64,000 bases of DNA from assembly GCF_009914755.1 (NCBI RefSeq), contig NC_060944.1. One strand, 5' to 3'. The notes under the pieces are model-generated. The model was not told the DNA's origin. It searched no databases and saw nothing but the letters and a program-made list of their open reading frames with translations. Below are positions 1-31,480 of this stretch, in pieces. This DNA comes from the human T2T-CHM13v2.0 reference genome, Homo sapiens. Both the position numbers and the translations under genes were made by a program. Within the stretch, counting starts at the first letter, position 1. Every line of letters begins with the position of its first letter.

Positions 1-465
1 CTTTACTATTTTTAAATTCCTGCCTTTTAGGGTTTATATAATCAGCTGCTTTAAAAAATATCCCATTTAAGGTACCCTTTGAAGAAAAGTAATGCTTACA
101 GATGTTGTACCTTCCCTCCCAAATGATACAAATAATCATGCTGATTTAGTCAGATCCAGATGATGGGTGGTTAACAAATCTCTCTCTCTTTCTAGTCCTG
201 ACACTGGCCTCAAGCTCCAGACCTAAACCTGTCAGTATTGTACTATCACATTATACACACATGAAACACTACTATGTCCTTTCTGATTCATCTATTTCAG
301 CCCATGTCAGCACTATTTTTCCTAATATCTCAACTCAAAACCTTAGAATTCACCTTTTTGGCTTTCATTATTGTGTTGAGCTTCAACATGGATTATCTCG
401 TTGAACAGGATACATAATTTCCTATTTTACAGATGGAAACACTGACGTTAGAATTCATACAGCTT

Positions 466-1059
<594 letters not shown>

Positions 1060-1337
1060 GAATTCATACAGCTTATAAGTTGCAGAACTAGAGAAAGAGT
1101 CAAACCTTTTCTGAGATTCCAGACCCTGCACTCTTAATTACCAAACAACACTGTCTCATCTTTGGATCCTTCACCTGTCCATCCTGTAAGTAACCTCCTG
1201 TAAGTAACCAGATCCTATGCTTTCTTCTCTTCCACATTTATTCAACAGTAACTACACACCTACTGTATGCCAGACATAAAAGAATTCAGGAATGAATAAA
1301 ACAGAATCCTTCAAGGAGCTCATAATATAGTGGAAAA

Positions 1338-1960
1338 GGCCAGGTGTGGTAGCTTATGCCTGTAATCCCAGCACTTTGAGAGACCCAGATGGGCGGATCA
1401 CTTGAGCCCAGGAGTTTGAGACCAGCCTAAGCAACATGGTGAAACCCCATCTCTACAAAAAATACAAAAAAATAATAATAATAACAAGTAGGGTTGGTGG
1501 TACATGCCTGTAGTCCCAGCTACCAACTACTTGGGAGGCTGAGGAGGGAGGATGTCCTGAGCCCGAGAGGTCAAGGCTGCAGTGACCCATTATCACTGCA
1601 CTCCAGCCTGAGTGTCAGAGTGAGACCCTGTCTCTTGAAGAAAAAAAAAAAAAAAAGAGGCCGGGCATGGCGGCTCACACCTGTAATCCCAGCACTTTGG
1701 GAGGCCGAGGAAGGCAGATCACCTGAGGTCGGGAGTTCAAGACCAGCCTGACCAACATGGACAACCCCTGTCTCTACTAAAAATACAAAATTAGCCAGGC
1801 ATGGTGGTGCATGCCTGTAATCCCAGCTGCCCAGGAGGCTGAGGCAGAAGAATTGCTTGAACCCAGGGGGCAGAGGTTATGGTGAGCCGAGATCGCACCA
1901 TTGCACTCCAGCTAGGGCAACGAGAGTGAAACTCCATCTCAAAAAAAAAAAAAAAAAAAA
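1338..1960 (+). mobile_element. Two tandem Alus
   Basis: Alu consensus with A-tails. Confidence 0.9.
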
Positions 1961-2419
1961 AGAGAGAGAAAATGTGGAAAAACCGGATATAAACAGGTAA
2001 TTATGAGATAAGAAATGCTCTTAGTAGGGTGTAGAGGAAGAAGGGCCTAATACTGCCTCAGGTTTTCAGTTATCCAGAAGAAAACAGGAACCAAATGGCT
2101 TCGATTCATTTCAACAGAAAAATAATACGCAGAGGTAACAAATCCAAGCTCTTACAATCTCAGACATGAATTATTACTATCTTTATTACCATTCCCCAAG
2201 TAGGAAACCTGGGCAAATTAACTTCTCTAAATTTCAGTTCCCTCATCTGTAAAAGGGGGAAAATAACACCATCTATCACATAGAAATAAATGTGAGGACT
2301 AAATGAGAAAAGGTATATGTTACCATTTTTAGAAACCTTAACTCTATTCATAAAACACCCATTCATTATGCCGTTCCCCATACCAACATTCTATGGGATA
2401 ACATCAAAACGTTAGCCTT

Positions 2420-2730
2420 GGCCAGGTGCCATGGCTCACGCCTGAAATCCCAGCACTTTGGGAGGCCAAGTGAGACTGCTTGAGTCCAGGAGTTCCAGAC
2501 CAGCCTGGGCAACATAGAAAGACCCTGTCTCTAAACAAAAAACAAAAACAAAAACAAAAAAACTTTAGCATTTAAAGGACACAAAGGGGACTTCTGGGGT
2601 GCTGATACTGTTTCTTGAACTAGGTGCTGGCTACATGAGTGAATACAGTTTTTAAAAATTCATTGAACTCTACACTTACTTAATATGCATTGTATGTATA
2701 CTGTACTTCAGTAAAAAAAAAAAAAAAAAA
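2420..2730 (+). mobile_element. Alu left monomer followed by an old L1 3' end with poly-A
   Basis: Alu monomer at 2420-2560. An L1M-type 3'UTR phrase (ttctggggtgctg...aattcattgaact.tacactta) ends in an A-tail. Confidence 0.7.
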
Positions 2731-3129
2731 AGTTGTTTGTTTTTTTTTAATCATCATACTCTGGCCTAAACCTAGCTTCCACCCCATTACTCCCCTGCTT
2801 TGGACATTTCACATCCTTGAACGTTTCTTCATCCTATTTACTTTCTGCTACCTGGAACTCTCCTTTTCTCTAATCTCCCTTTCAAAACCCTACATCCTTC
2901 AAGAGTCAGCTCAAATCCCACATTCTGGAAAACTGGAAAGGTAGGGGATAGTTTATTCAGGGTCAGAATACTAAGGAAGGAACTGGGTGGACACATAAAG
3001 TATACTTTTCATGAATTATTATAACGATTTGTCTCCCTCACTAGCCTGTGCAGCTACTTCAGGCCAACTTCGCTTTCTCGCTGTAGGCGTTAGTATAAAA
3101 CAATGTTCGGTGAAGAACTTAGTAAGGAA

Positions 3130-4100
3130 CAGTAACAAAAATTGCCCTGCAAGTCCCAGACTGAGAAGAGACGTCTAAAGCACACGCACACTCTCCTCGC
3201 TTAAGCAAAATTGGTCCCCTCATCCCGGACCCCCTCACACATAACCTTTTATCCCAGGGAGCACCCCTGGCGATCCCGCCCCAAATCCCAAACTCCTCTG
3301 CAAGCCGCGCTCCACAAGCACCTCCTCCTCTTATTCCAACCCTTCCCACAGACCACACTCCTCGGCTCAGGACACTGAATGGGACACGCCCCCTCAGATC
3401 CCCACCACTAGGTGGTCCGGCCCCCAGGGCCCAAACCTCACGACACTGTCCCCACGCCCCGGTCCCCACGCCCCCTCCCCTCACCAGCCCCGCCCTCAGG
3501 CCCCGCCCTCTCCAAGAACCCCACGAGACAGTCAGTTAGTTCTCTAGGAACCGCGCGCTGGCGGTCACTGCCCCCGCCTCCCATTCACAGAGGCCGCGGG
3601 AGGGCAGGTGGGGCCTGACAGTCTGCTCGAGCCAGTGGCCTCACCTCTCTTCCAAGAGCTCAGTGGGGACACCACCTCCACCCGCTCGGAAATGAACTCG
3701 GCCAGACTGGAGCGGAACAAGGCCGCCCGCACTGTCACAGCCACCACCAGCACCAGGACCAAGGGAGCCGCCATGATAACTGGGGCGGGCGCGCGGGCGG
3801 GGAGGGAAGGCGAGGCGGAGGAGCCTCGCGCGCTGTGCGCCACGCTCTGTAGTTCCGCGGGTGGGCGCGCGCTGCCGCTGGCGCCGGAGAGGCCAGACGT
3901 GGGGACTACGGCTCCCAGAAAGCCTTGCGGCGAGGCGGGCCGGAGCGACGGAAAGCGGGCGCCTCAAGCTGCGTATGCAGAAGGTGGGGCGAAACCTTCT
4001 ACGATCGCAGGTGTTTTGTGAAGCCGCGCCGCTATAGCGGGGCTGAAACGCTGCTGAAAGTAGAAGCGGAAGTAGTCGCCTTCCTGGGATTGTGAGAGAC
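3130..4100. promoter_or_regulatory. CpG island / PIGU promoter
   Basis: GC- and CpG-rich, with GC boxes. ZNF143/THAP11-type motif ACTACGGCTCCCAGAAAGCC at 3905-3924. ETS motif GCGGAAGT at 4066-4073. Confidence 0.88.
3645..3774 (-). CDS. PIGU: PIGU coding exon 1 (GPI transamidase subunit PIG-U), [43 protein letters not shown]+1 nt; the gene continues off the left end of the window
   Basis: ATG at 3774-3772 in strong Kozak context (atcATGG). 130 coding nt end at a G|GTGAG donor (GT at 3644-3643). The peptide matches the recalled PIG-U N-terminus. Confidence 0.96.
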
Positions 4101-4154
4101 TTTTAAACAGATGTTAAATTCACTCTTGCGTGTATGTTTTCAATGCCAAAATGT

Positions 4155-5186
<1,032 letters not shown>

Positions 5187-5189
5187 TAG

Positions 5190-5538
5190 AAATTTTGCCA
5201 GTCGCTTTTAAACACAGGCATTTTTGAAAATTAAGACATATAAACCTACAGTTAAATAACATATATTGAAAACAACGGAATACATATTCAACACGTCACT
5301 TTCTAATTATTTTACTACACTTTTTTTTATATGTGCTTTTGAGATTATTTACCACCGCTGTATCAGTACAGCAAATAACTATCTCTTTCTCTTCCCAAAT
5401 GGTGGTGTTCAGTTTCCTCAGGTTGATAGATTGAAAATCCCTCCCAATGCGAGTGTTTACACCACAGGAATCAGCAAACACTACAAATCAGGGGTTTGGG
5501 GTTTGGAGAGCCCATTGATAAGCATTAAGCAGCACACT
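5190..5538. mobile_element. Old hAT DNA-transposon relic (MER63-like)
   Basis: The phrase gtgtttacaccacaggaatcagcaaacactacaaatcaggg...ggagagcc...cagcacac resembles the recalled MER63 end. Confidence 0.45.
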
Positions 5539-5629
5539 TCATTAATTAATGTATAGTAAGTGCTTAAATATTAGCAATAATAATATTAAATGTGCAAGGA
5601 AATTTCATATTTGTGAAGAAAAGGAAACA

Positions 5630-7175
<1,546 letters not shown>

Positions 7176-7739
7176 AACGGGAGTGGGATTCTAAAAGAAT
7201 GCAAAAATAAACCCTGGGGCTGATAGCTTTCTGGACCAGTGAAAGGGGTAGGGTCTCCTTTGGGGGAGGGGATCATGAAGAAATTAGAGGGGCACTCATC
7301 CTTTGAGCCCCTGCTGTGTGCCAAGTAGTGTACCATATGCTTAACACACATGAGCTTATTTAGTCTGCACAGCCTTCCTTCTTAAAGATGTGGGTTTTTG
7401 TATCCCCTTTTACATAAAAGGAGATATATGTGTTGCATCATCTTACAGTGAAGTGTATTACATCATAAAAAGTGGAAGTAATTGTAACACTAACCTCATA
7501 GTGAATATTGAGCAAGGTTATACAATGTAAAATGCTTAGCACATACCCAGTGCTCAGTAAAGGTTACTTAGCTGTTATATTATTTACATCATTCTAACAG
7601 ATGACTTAAAAATTTATCTTAGGGTGAGGATTGTCTTTGGGAAAAACAGTGATTAGCCATTGTAGACAGATGTGACCCAAACCAGTGGTTCTCAAAATGA
7701 GTGTGCATGAAGTATGAATACAACTAGTGGTTCTCAATA

Positions 7740-11060
<3,321 letters not shown>

Positions 11061-11683
11061 ATTAGTAAGCATCAGAATCACGGGGGAGATGTATTTTTTA
11101 TTTTATTTATTTTTATTTTTCATAAATAGAGATGGGATCTTGCTATGTTGCCCAGGCTGGTCTTGAACGCCTGGGCTCAAGCGATCCTCCTGCCTCAGTC
11201 TCCCAAAGTGCTGGGATTACTGGCATGACCAGCCTAGATTTTTGAAGTGTAAATTTTCTAGTTCTGACCTAGAGACTAGGCCTGGTGTGGAGCCCAGGAA
11301 TCTACATTCTTAATCTCTCCAGGTAATTCTAATGTTTGTGATTCAGAAGCCATACCTTGGGAAACAAAAAAATAACCCTGAAGGCGTAGGTGTCCAGTAG
11401 CTTACACAAAAAAAGATGAATATAGTAATGATAACTAGCAAATATTGAGTGCTTACTAGGTGCTAAGTACTGTTTTAAGTGCTTTACACATATTATCTCA
11501 TTTAGTACATGTACCGTTACAAGTGCTATCTATTATTTCTCCATCACCAATGAGGAAACAGAGGCACAAAGAGGTTTAGTAACTTGCCTAAGGTCACATG
11601 GCTAGTAAGTGGCAGAACCAGGATCTGTCTGTTAGCTCTAGATACTGTGGTCAAGCTGCTCTGCCTGAGAAAATGAGAAGAAT

Positions 11684-11760
11684 TTGGGTTGTGTTGGATT
11701 GGGTTGTGTTGGGTTGGGTTGCGTTGGGTTGGGTTGGGTTGTGTTGGGTTGGATTGGGGT
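11684..11760. repeat. Degenerate (GGGTT)n pentanucleotide repeat
   Basis: About 15 units of GGGTT/GTGTT/GGATT. Confidence 0.92.
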
Positions 11761-12160
11761 GCTTTCTTGTTGTAGCTGAGAAGGAAGGGTAGGGAATAGA
11801 AAGGAAGGAGATAATAAAGGAGCAATCATGGTGTTTTGTTTTGTTTTTTTCCTGTGACACCAGAGATTCCTGTGATATGTGGGTTACCTAGAGAGGAAGA
11901 AATTGAGGTGCTAAGATACTAAGTAACCACTGGAATGAGTGAATTGCAATCAGTTTTTAATGACCTTGCATCTTTCCATTCAAGAATCAGCATTCTTGGA
12001 AAAAGCGCAAGATTGATTAAGATTAGGTCTTGTGCCCAATCTTAATCAGCCAGAAAAGTGTATCTGTGAGAAGTCAGATGATGAATTTACCATATTCGCC
12101 TGAGGACAGCACACCCTAAAGGCAATTGGATGAAGTCAGTTCGAGGAAGGCGAAAGGGTA

Positions 12161-12466
12161 CAGTCCTGTGCTGCATAAAGACATTTTGGTCAACGTTGGA
12201 CTGCATATACCACAGTGGTCCCCTACGATTATAGTGGAGCTGAAAAATTCCTCTTGCCTACTGATGTTGTAGCCATCATAACGTCGTGGCTTAATTTGTT
12301 ATCTTTTCTATGTTTCCATATGTTTAGATACACAAATACTTACCACTGTGTTACAATTGCCTGTAGTATCCAGTATAGTAACATGCTGTACAGGTTTGTG
12401 GCCTGCAAGCAATAGGCTATACCATATAGCTTAGGTGCGTAGTAGGCTTTACCATCTAGGTTTGTG
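12161..12466 (+). mobile_element. Tigger3/MER7-type TcMar DNA transposon fragment
   Basis: TA followed by CAGTCCTGTGCTGCATAAAGACATTTTGGTCAACG..., matching the recalled Tigger3 terminus. Confidence 0.75.
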
Positions 12467-12489
12467 AACCTGCTAATAATAATAGTGAT

Positions 12490-12960
12490 GACAAAGACAG
12501 ACCCAGGCCTCCCTGTACTGTGGTTTATAGTCTAGCAGGGAGTCATACAAAATAGAAGTAAGCAAACAAAATAATTAGGGACTGTGACCACACCAAAATA
12601 AGTAGGGATTGTGAGGGCAAAAGACCAGGAAGAATGATAATGAATAATGGAGGACCTACTGTATATTGGATGGTCAAGAAAAGCCTTTCTGAAGAGGTGA
12701 TATTTCAGCTGACACCCAAAGGATGGGAAGGAGCCATTGATGTAAAGAGTTGGCAGTGGTATGTATTGGAAGGAGGGGATGGAGGTTACAAACAGCTTGT
12801 AATGAGGGAGGCCAATGTAGTCGGAGTGATACGAGCAAGATGTGAGACTGGAGAAGCAGGCAAGGGCCAGATGGCCTTGGTGGACTATGGTGCTAAGTTG
12901 GATTTTTATTCTAAGAGAAATGGGAAGTGCACGGAAGGGTTTCAAGTTGAGTTGGAACAT
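12490..12960. mobile_element. L2 fragment
   Basis: L2-type phrases (tggtcaagaaaagcctttctgaagaggtgatatttcagctga, gatttttattctaagagaaatgggaag). Confidence 0.65.
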
Positions 12961-12992
12961 AATCATCATTTAAAGTTTAAAAATATGCCTCT

Positions 12993-14806
<1,814 letters not shown>

Positions 14807-14825
14807 TTAAGAACCATAATTCTGA

Positions 14826-15367
<542 letters not shown>

Positions 15368-15674
15368 GAAAGCATATACTCCAAGCATTATCTATTACAG
15401 TTGCCTTAGTCATTTACTTCACACTCCTACGGGCCTCAGAATACTTTGCAACAATCTTTACTATCTCCGACGGAGTGTACAGCTCAACATTCTTTATAGC
15501 CACAGGGTTTTATAGACTTCACATCATCATTGGCTCAACTTTCCTGCTGCCTTCTACGCCAACTACCATTTCACTTTATTCACCGTTTTGGATTTGAAGC
15601 TGCTGCTTGATACTGACATTTTGTAGATGTAATATGGCTATGCCGGTACGTTTCTGCCTATTGAAGAAGATCAT
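15368..15674 (+). pseudogene. NUMT: degenerate 3' part of mitochondrial COX3
   Basis: Translates as KH(M)LQAL.IT..L..YFTLL.ASEYF...[26 protein letters not shown], then a frameshift, then CLLRQL.FHF..FGFEAAA(W)Y(W)HFVDV.WL. TGA sits at the Trp positions, as in the mitochondrial code. Confidence 0.93.
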
Positions 15675-15721
15675 GTTCTTTTAGTATTAAACAGTACAGT
15701 TGACTTCCAATCAATTAGTTT
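15675..15721 (+). pseudogene. NUMT: truncated mitochondrial tRNA-Gly(TCC)
   Basis: TTCTTTTAGTATTAA...GTTGA CT TCC AA TCAAT follows COX3 directly, as in mtDNA gene order. The 3' half is missing. Confidence 0.88.
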
Positions 15722-16604
15722 ATATATAGGAATCCTGTGTAGCCTGCAGTGGGGTTGTGGGGAGCAAGGCAGAAGCAGCCACTCCAGAGAGGATTTACAT
15801 TTATTTCTTCCAGGCATCTGAGAGATCATTTCAGAGTGGGTCGCTTTTTATATTAATTTCTCAGCTTCGAGATTCCCAGCCATGCAGGTGATGCAAATGT
15901 GAACGCCAGACTCATGGAGGGTAGGCATGTGGTTTCAAATTCTCAGGAGATTATTTTCCCTCTTACCCAAAGACCAGGTCAAGATGGACACATCCTTTTT
16001 GTCTCCCTTCGCTAGTAGGTGTTGGTTTTTCCCCTAGTTTGTTCTTTCACTGTGGGTGTAGCCCTTCAAGGGTCCTAGATTTATCAAGGGTCTCAGTTGC
16101 AACCTCTAATTTCATATAAGCCCAAAGCTTCAACTCCCCAAATGTTTCTTTAAAAACACAAGCTATTGCAGATTCAGTTGTGCCTTTTAAAGGATGTTTG
16201 TTGTTTTTATTTCCAGCATCTCCTTGGGTTGTGTAGCAGGAAGTTCCTGATATTGTCAGAAAAGGAAGTCCAACTCAGTATTTAGTACAACTGTCTGTTT
16301 ACTTGTCTATTTTCTCCATGAGTGTCAAGCTCTGGGAGGTCAGGAACTAAGGCTGACTCATCTCTGGGACAAAACACCAGGCCCAAGATCTGGCACAAAG
16401 TAAATGCTCAGTGCGTTTGTTGATACTGAACCTCCACTTGGTCACTTCTAATGATGGGGAGCTCACTTTCTCCCAAGGTGGCCTCTTTCCTTTAGAGAGG
16501 GTGTGTGACCTGAGTGACCACCGGGCTAATGGGGGACAGCCTGCCCCTCATTTATGTACAACCTTCCCAATACTTAGCTTGTCCATCCAGATTCTGCAGA
16601 AGGG

Positions 16605-16858
16605 GGCTCAAGACCTAGACATCCCAGTAATAACTGAGACTTTGAGCTTTGACTCAGAGGGAAGCACACGGGCCAGTTCCAGATGACACCCTAAGGCTCA
16701 TCTTAGGGTGGAAGTCTAAAGTGGTACAGCATTTTGGGAGAGTAATTTGACAGCATCTGTTAAATTTGAAATGTACATACCTATCAATCTTGCAGTTCAC
16801 TTCTCTGAAACTATTCTGTATATCCAAGGATAGTCACTGTAGCATTATTTGTGGCAGC
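16605..16858 (+). repeat. Donor copy of the direct local duplication
   Basis: Same sequence as 14913-15167; here it continues into L1-like sequence. Confidence 0.93.
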
Positions 16859-16944
16859 AAACAATTGAAAACCACCCAAATGTCTGTCAATAAGAATAAC
16901 TAAATAAATTCTCTAAAGTCAAGTCATACAGTGGAAAACTGTGA

Positions 16945-20794
<3,850 letters not shown>

Positions 20795-21149
20795 TTGCCC
20801 TTTTTTTTTTTTTTTATAGATTTTGGCAGTTACTTGGAATATTCTTTCCCTTTGATACTCCACTACCTTTTTCCTCATACCCCAATTTATATTTCTGTCT
20901 CATCTCATTCAGTGGAGAGGAGGCATCTGAAAAACCCATCAACTAGATGTGCAGGGATTTAATGTTCCTACATTAATTGTATTTTAGGAGGCATCTAAAA
21001 AGGACGATGCTTAACTATGAGGAAACACACAATAATGATGGAATTCCTAGCACCGGTGGAGAAGAGATCCTGAGGCAGAAAGGCCTTGCTATCACTCTTC
21101 AGTCATGTTGATAGGCAATGCTACAAAGGGCTTAAGAACGTGGCACTGA

Positions 21150-23390
<2,241 letters not shown>

Positions 23391-23421
23391 TTGGATAATT
23401 TTTTAAAAACTATTTGTATAG

Positions 23422-23885
<464 letters not shown>

Positions 23886-24134
23886 CATTTGGTCCTTCAT
23901 GGGAGCACCAGCTGCTGGAAAAAATGATTCTGTTAGGTAAAAATACTATACATTTTTGAAACATGCACCAATTATTTAGCTCTGTGATTGTGGGCAATTT
24001 CTTCAAGCAGCCTGAGCCTCAATTTCCTTATTTGTAAAGCTGGGAAAACAACGATGCCCATCTTGGAGGGTTACAGGCACATAGAAAAACAATCAATAAA
24101 TATAAGCTGCTGTTTACATTTGTTCTTTTTTTAA

Positions 24135-28659
<4,525 letters not shown>

Positions 28660-29197
28660 AAGTAGAATCTTGAAGACAGGAAAGATCTGGATTTCAGAAA
28701 GTTCTGAAGAAGGCATTCCAGGCAGGGGAAACAGCTTGAGCAAAAGGGTGGAGGTGGGAGAGTGCTGTAGAGTCAACAAGGAGTTTGACTTTAGCACAAG
28801 ATGCGTGTAGGAGAAGGGGAGGTGAAGCTGGAGAGAACTGGGGCCGGAGCATGGGGGGCATGAGTTCTGTGTTAGGAGTGTGGGGCTTTAGGAGCCACAT
28901 CAGGTTTTAGAACAAACAAGTGGCTTGACAGGAGAGACGTGTTAGGGATTATTTAATTAAAGTCAGCAAGTAGGTCTGAAAGGGTATGAGGTTAGCAGGA
29001 AGTGGCTGTGATGGGCAGAGGCTCAGAGTTGCATGGAATGAGGACACTTTGGGTATAACACTCCAAGGGCCACAATGCCACTCCCCTCTCCACCCCTCAG
29101 CCTTGGGTTATTTTTTTCTGGCTTCTTCCCCTGTCGCTAGGGTTAAGGAGTCCCTTGGGGGTTTCAGATGAGGCTGGGATAGAGTTTTATCACTAGA

Positions 29198-29507
<310 letters not shown>

Positions 29508-30559
29508 TCATTAACCTCTGGCCTAGGTCACCTCCGGCCTCCTTTTGGGCTAGGTGGGCAGTTCTCGGACCCTCCCCCACCAGCCCTGCTCTGCTGACCT
29601 AGAACCTCTGGCCCTGGAGATTCTGATATGTGTATTTGTGGTCTCTTCTCGGGCATCTCCCAGGCCACTGGGAGAGCTGGGGCCTAGAGCGTGGGGTGGG
29701 TGGAATCCTGAGGGCAGAGAGTGTGGAAGAATCTTACAATGGCAGCTCTAGAGGGAAGCCTGGATATGTTTGTTTGACAAACTGAGACCCAGAGAGGTAA
29801 CATGACTTGAGGTCACACAGCAAGTCTAGGGCACAGTCAGGACTGAAAGCCAGGACTCTGGGGAGGCTAAAGCGCCCTGAGGTTTAGACCATCTGGTTCA
29901 TGTAGAGAATGGAGAGGGTCAGGGCTGGGAGCTATGGGTTCAAATCCTGGCTCTGCCATTGACTGTACTTTTGTGACCTAAGAAAGTCACTTGAGCTCTC
30001 TGAGTCTGTTTCCTCAACTGTTAAATGGGACAATATCTACCTTTTGGGTTGTTGTGAAGATAAAAAAACACACCCATAGCACAGGTCGTGGCACACAGTA
30101 AGTGTGCCAATACATGTCAGCTAGTGGTATGGTGGTGCAATAGTAGGTGCCTAATAAATGTTGAATGCATTGTTGAACATGAGTTCACACGCTAACAGTG
30201 AGATTGTGAGACTCAGCTTTCCCACGTGTAAATCAGGACTCATAATCAGTCCCTGTCCTGCCACTTCTTTACAGCCCCGGTAGCAACATAGATTAAATAA
30301 GGTATGTAAACGTTCAAGCGCGGAGCCGTCTCAGGTCAATGTTTACTCAGCCCAGGGCAATTCCTCTCCAAGTCCTACTCTGCGAAATTTCACGTCAGCT
30401 TCACTAACTTCTCTACATTCCCAGATGCTCCCCGGGAACCGGGGGTTGGGGATGTCCCTCTTTTCTCAAGCCCGCCGAGCTGAGGAAAAACGGGGTGGGA
30501 AAGCAGAGTGTGTAAGGCTGAGGAGGTGAGCCAGAGGGGGGAGGGAGAGCAGGAATAAG

Positions 30560-31480
30560 GGCAGTGGGGAGAATGCAGGTGCACGGACGTGGTGTGGGTC
30601 GAGAACAGGGTCCGCATCGGGGGACTTGGATATAGGATGCAGTGAAAGGATTTGGGGAGCAGTGGGAGAGGTGAGGGCGCTGCGATCCGGGAAGAATCAG
30701 GAAAATAAGGAGCCGGTAGGAGGGAGTGGAGATCCTCCTCGCGGAGAGCTCGCCGCGGCGCAGGGCTCCCAGCTCCCCGCAGCTGCCTCCCCGAACACTC
30801 ACCCTCCCGGTTCCGAGAACGTTTCCCGGCCCGAGCGCCCGGCCCGCAAACCGGGAGGGGAGGGGAGGGGAGGGGCAGGGGGGGATCCGCAGCCCGGGAT
30901 TGGCCGCCGCCCCGCCAGCCGGTGACGCGAGGCGGGCGGGCCCCTTTGTGACGTCACAATCAGCTGTTTGAACGTTCCAATTTGTGCCGTGAGCCCCGCC
31001 GCAGCGGCCGCACAGACTCAAAGCCCCGCGGGCGAGCTCAGCAGCCCGGAGCGACCGCGGCCCCGCCGCCTCCCCCGCGAGTCCCGGCGATGCGGCCCGG
31101 CCTGTGAGCGGCCGGCGACCCTGGGACGCCCCGCCGCACAACTACCTCAACGCCGTGCCGCCCCCCTCCCGCCCCCAGGTGAGTCCCGACCCGGGTGGGC
31201 CTGGGGGCTCCCCTGCCACGGACACGCCCTGCGCCCCCCGCGCCCGGGCCTTTGTCTGTCTCCGCCGGCGGCCGCCGGGGCCGCGTTCCCGGCTCCCGAT
31301 TGGTTGCCGCACGCCCGGTAGACCATGACGTCGTTCTATTTGCATATGACATTGAGACGTCACCAAGGCCGGTACCGCCCCCACAGGCTCGGGTCGCTTG
31401 TCCTCCCGTGACCCGGTAGCCGCTGTGTCGGGGCTGGGCCCTGGGTGAGACGCTGCAATCCAAAGGGGGCTGCAGGGGGA
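30560..31480. promoter_or_regulatory. CpG island / TP53INP2 promoter with palindromic CRE
   Basis: CpG-dense. TGACGTCA at 30949-30956 lies inside the 14-bp palindrome TTGTGACGTCACAA. Half-CRE at 30923-30927; GC boxes. Confidence 0.88.
31010..31178 (+). other. TP53INP2: TP53INP2 non-coding exon 1 (5' boundary approximate)
   Basis: Lies in the CpG island just downstream of the CRE. Perfect donor CAG|GTGAGT at 31178/31179. Confidence 0.8.

Noticed and set aside
3565-3843. N-terminally extended PIGU ORF (MAHSARG...)
   Set aside because: It begins at a GTG in promoter sequence and reads through the donor. The ATG at 3774 has a strong Kozak context and matches the known N-terminus.
11544-11860. 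NPTQP-repeat ORFs
   Set aside because: Translation of the (GGGTT)n repeat.
15675-15721. Functional tRNA-Gly gene
   Set aside because: Mitochondrial-type and truncated after the anticodon arm.
30413-31463. Long ORFs on both strands (up to 242 aa) at the TP53INP2 promoter
   Set aside because: Stop-poor GC-rich CpG island; low-complexity G/A/R/P composition; no recognisable domain.
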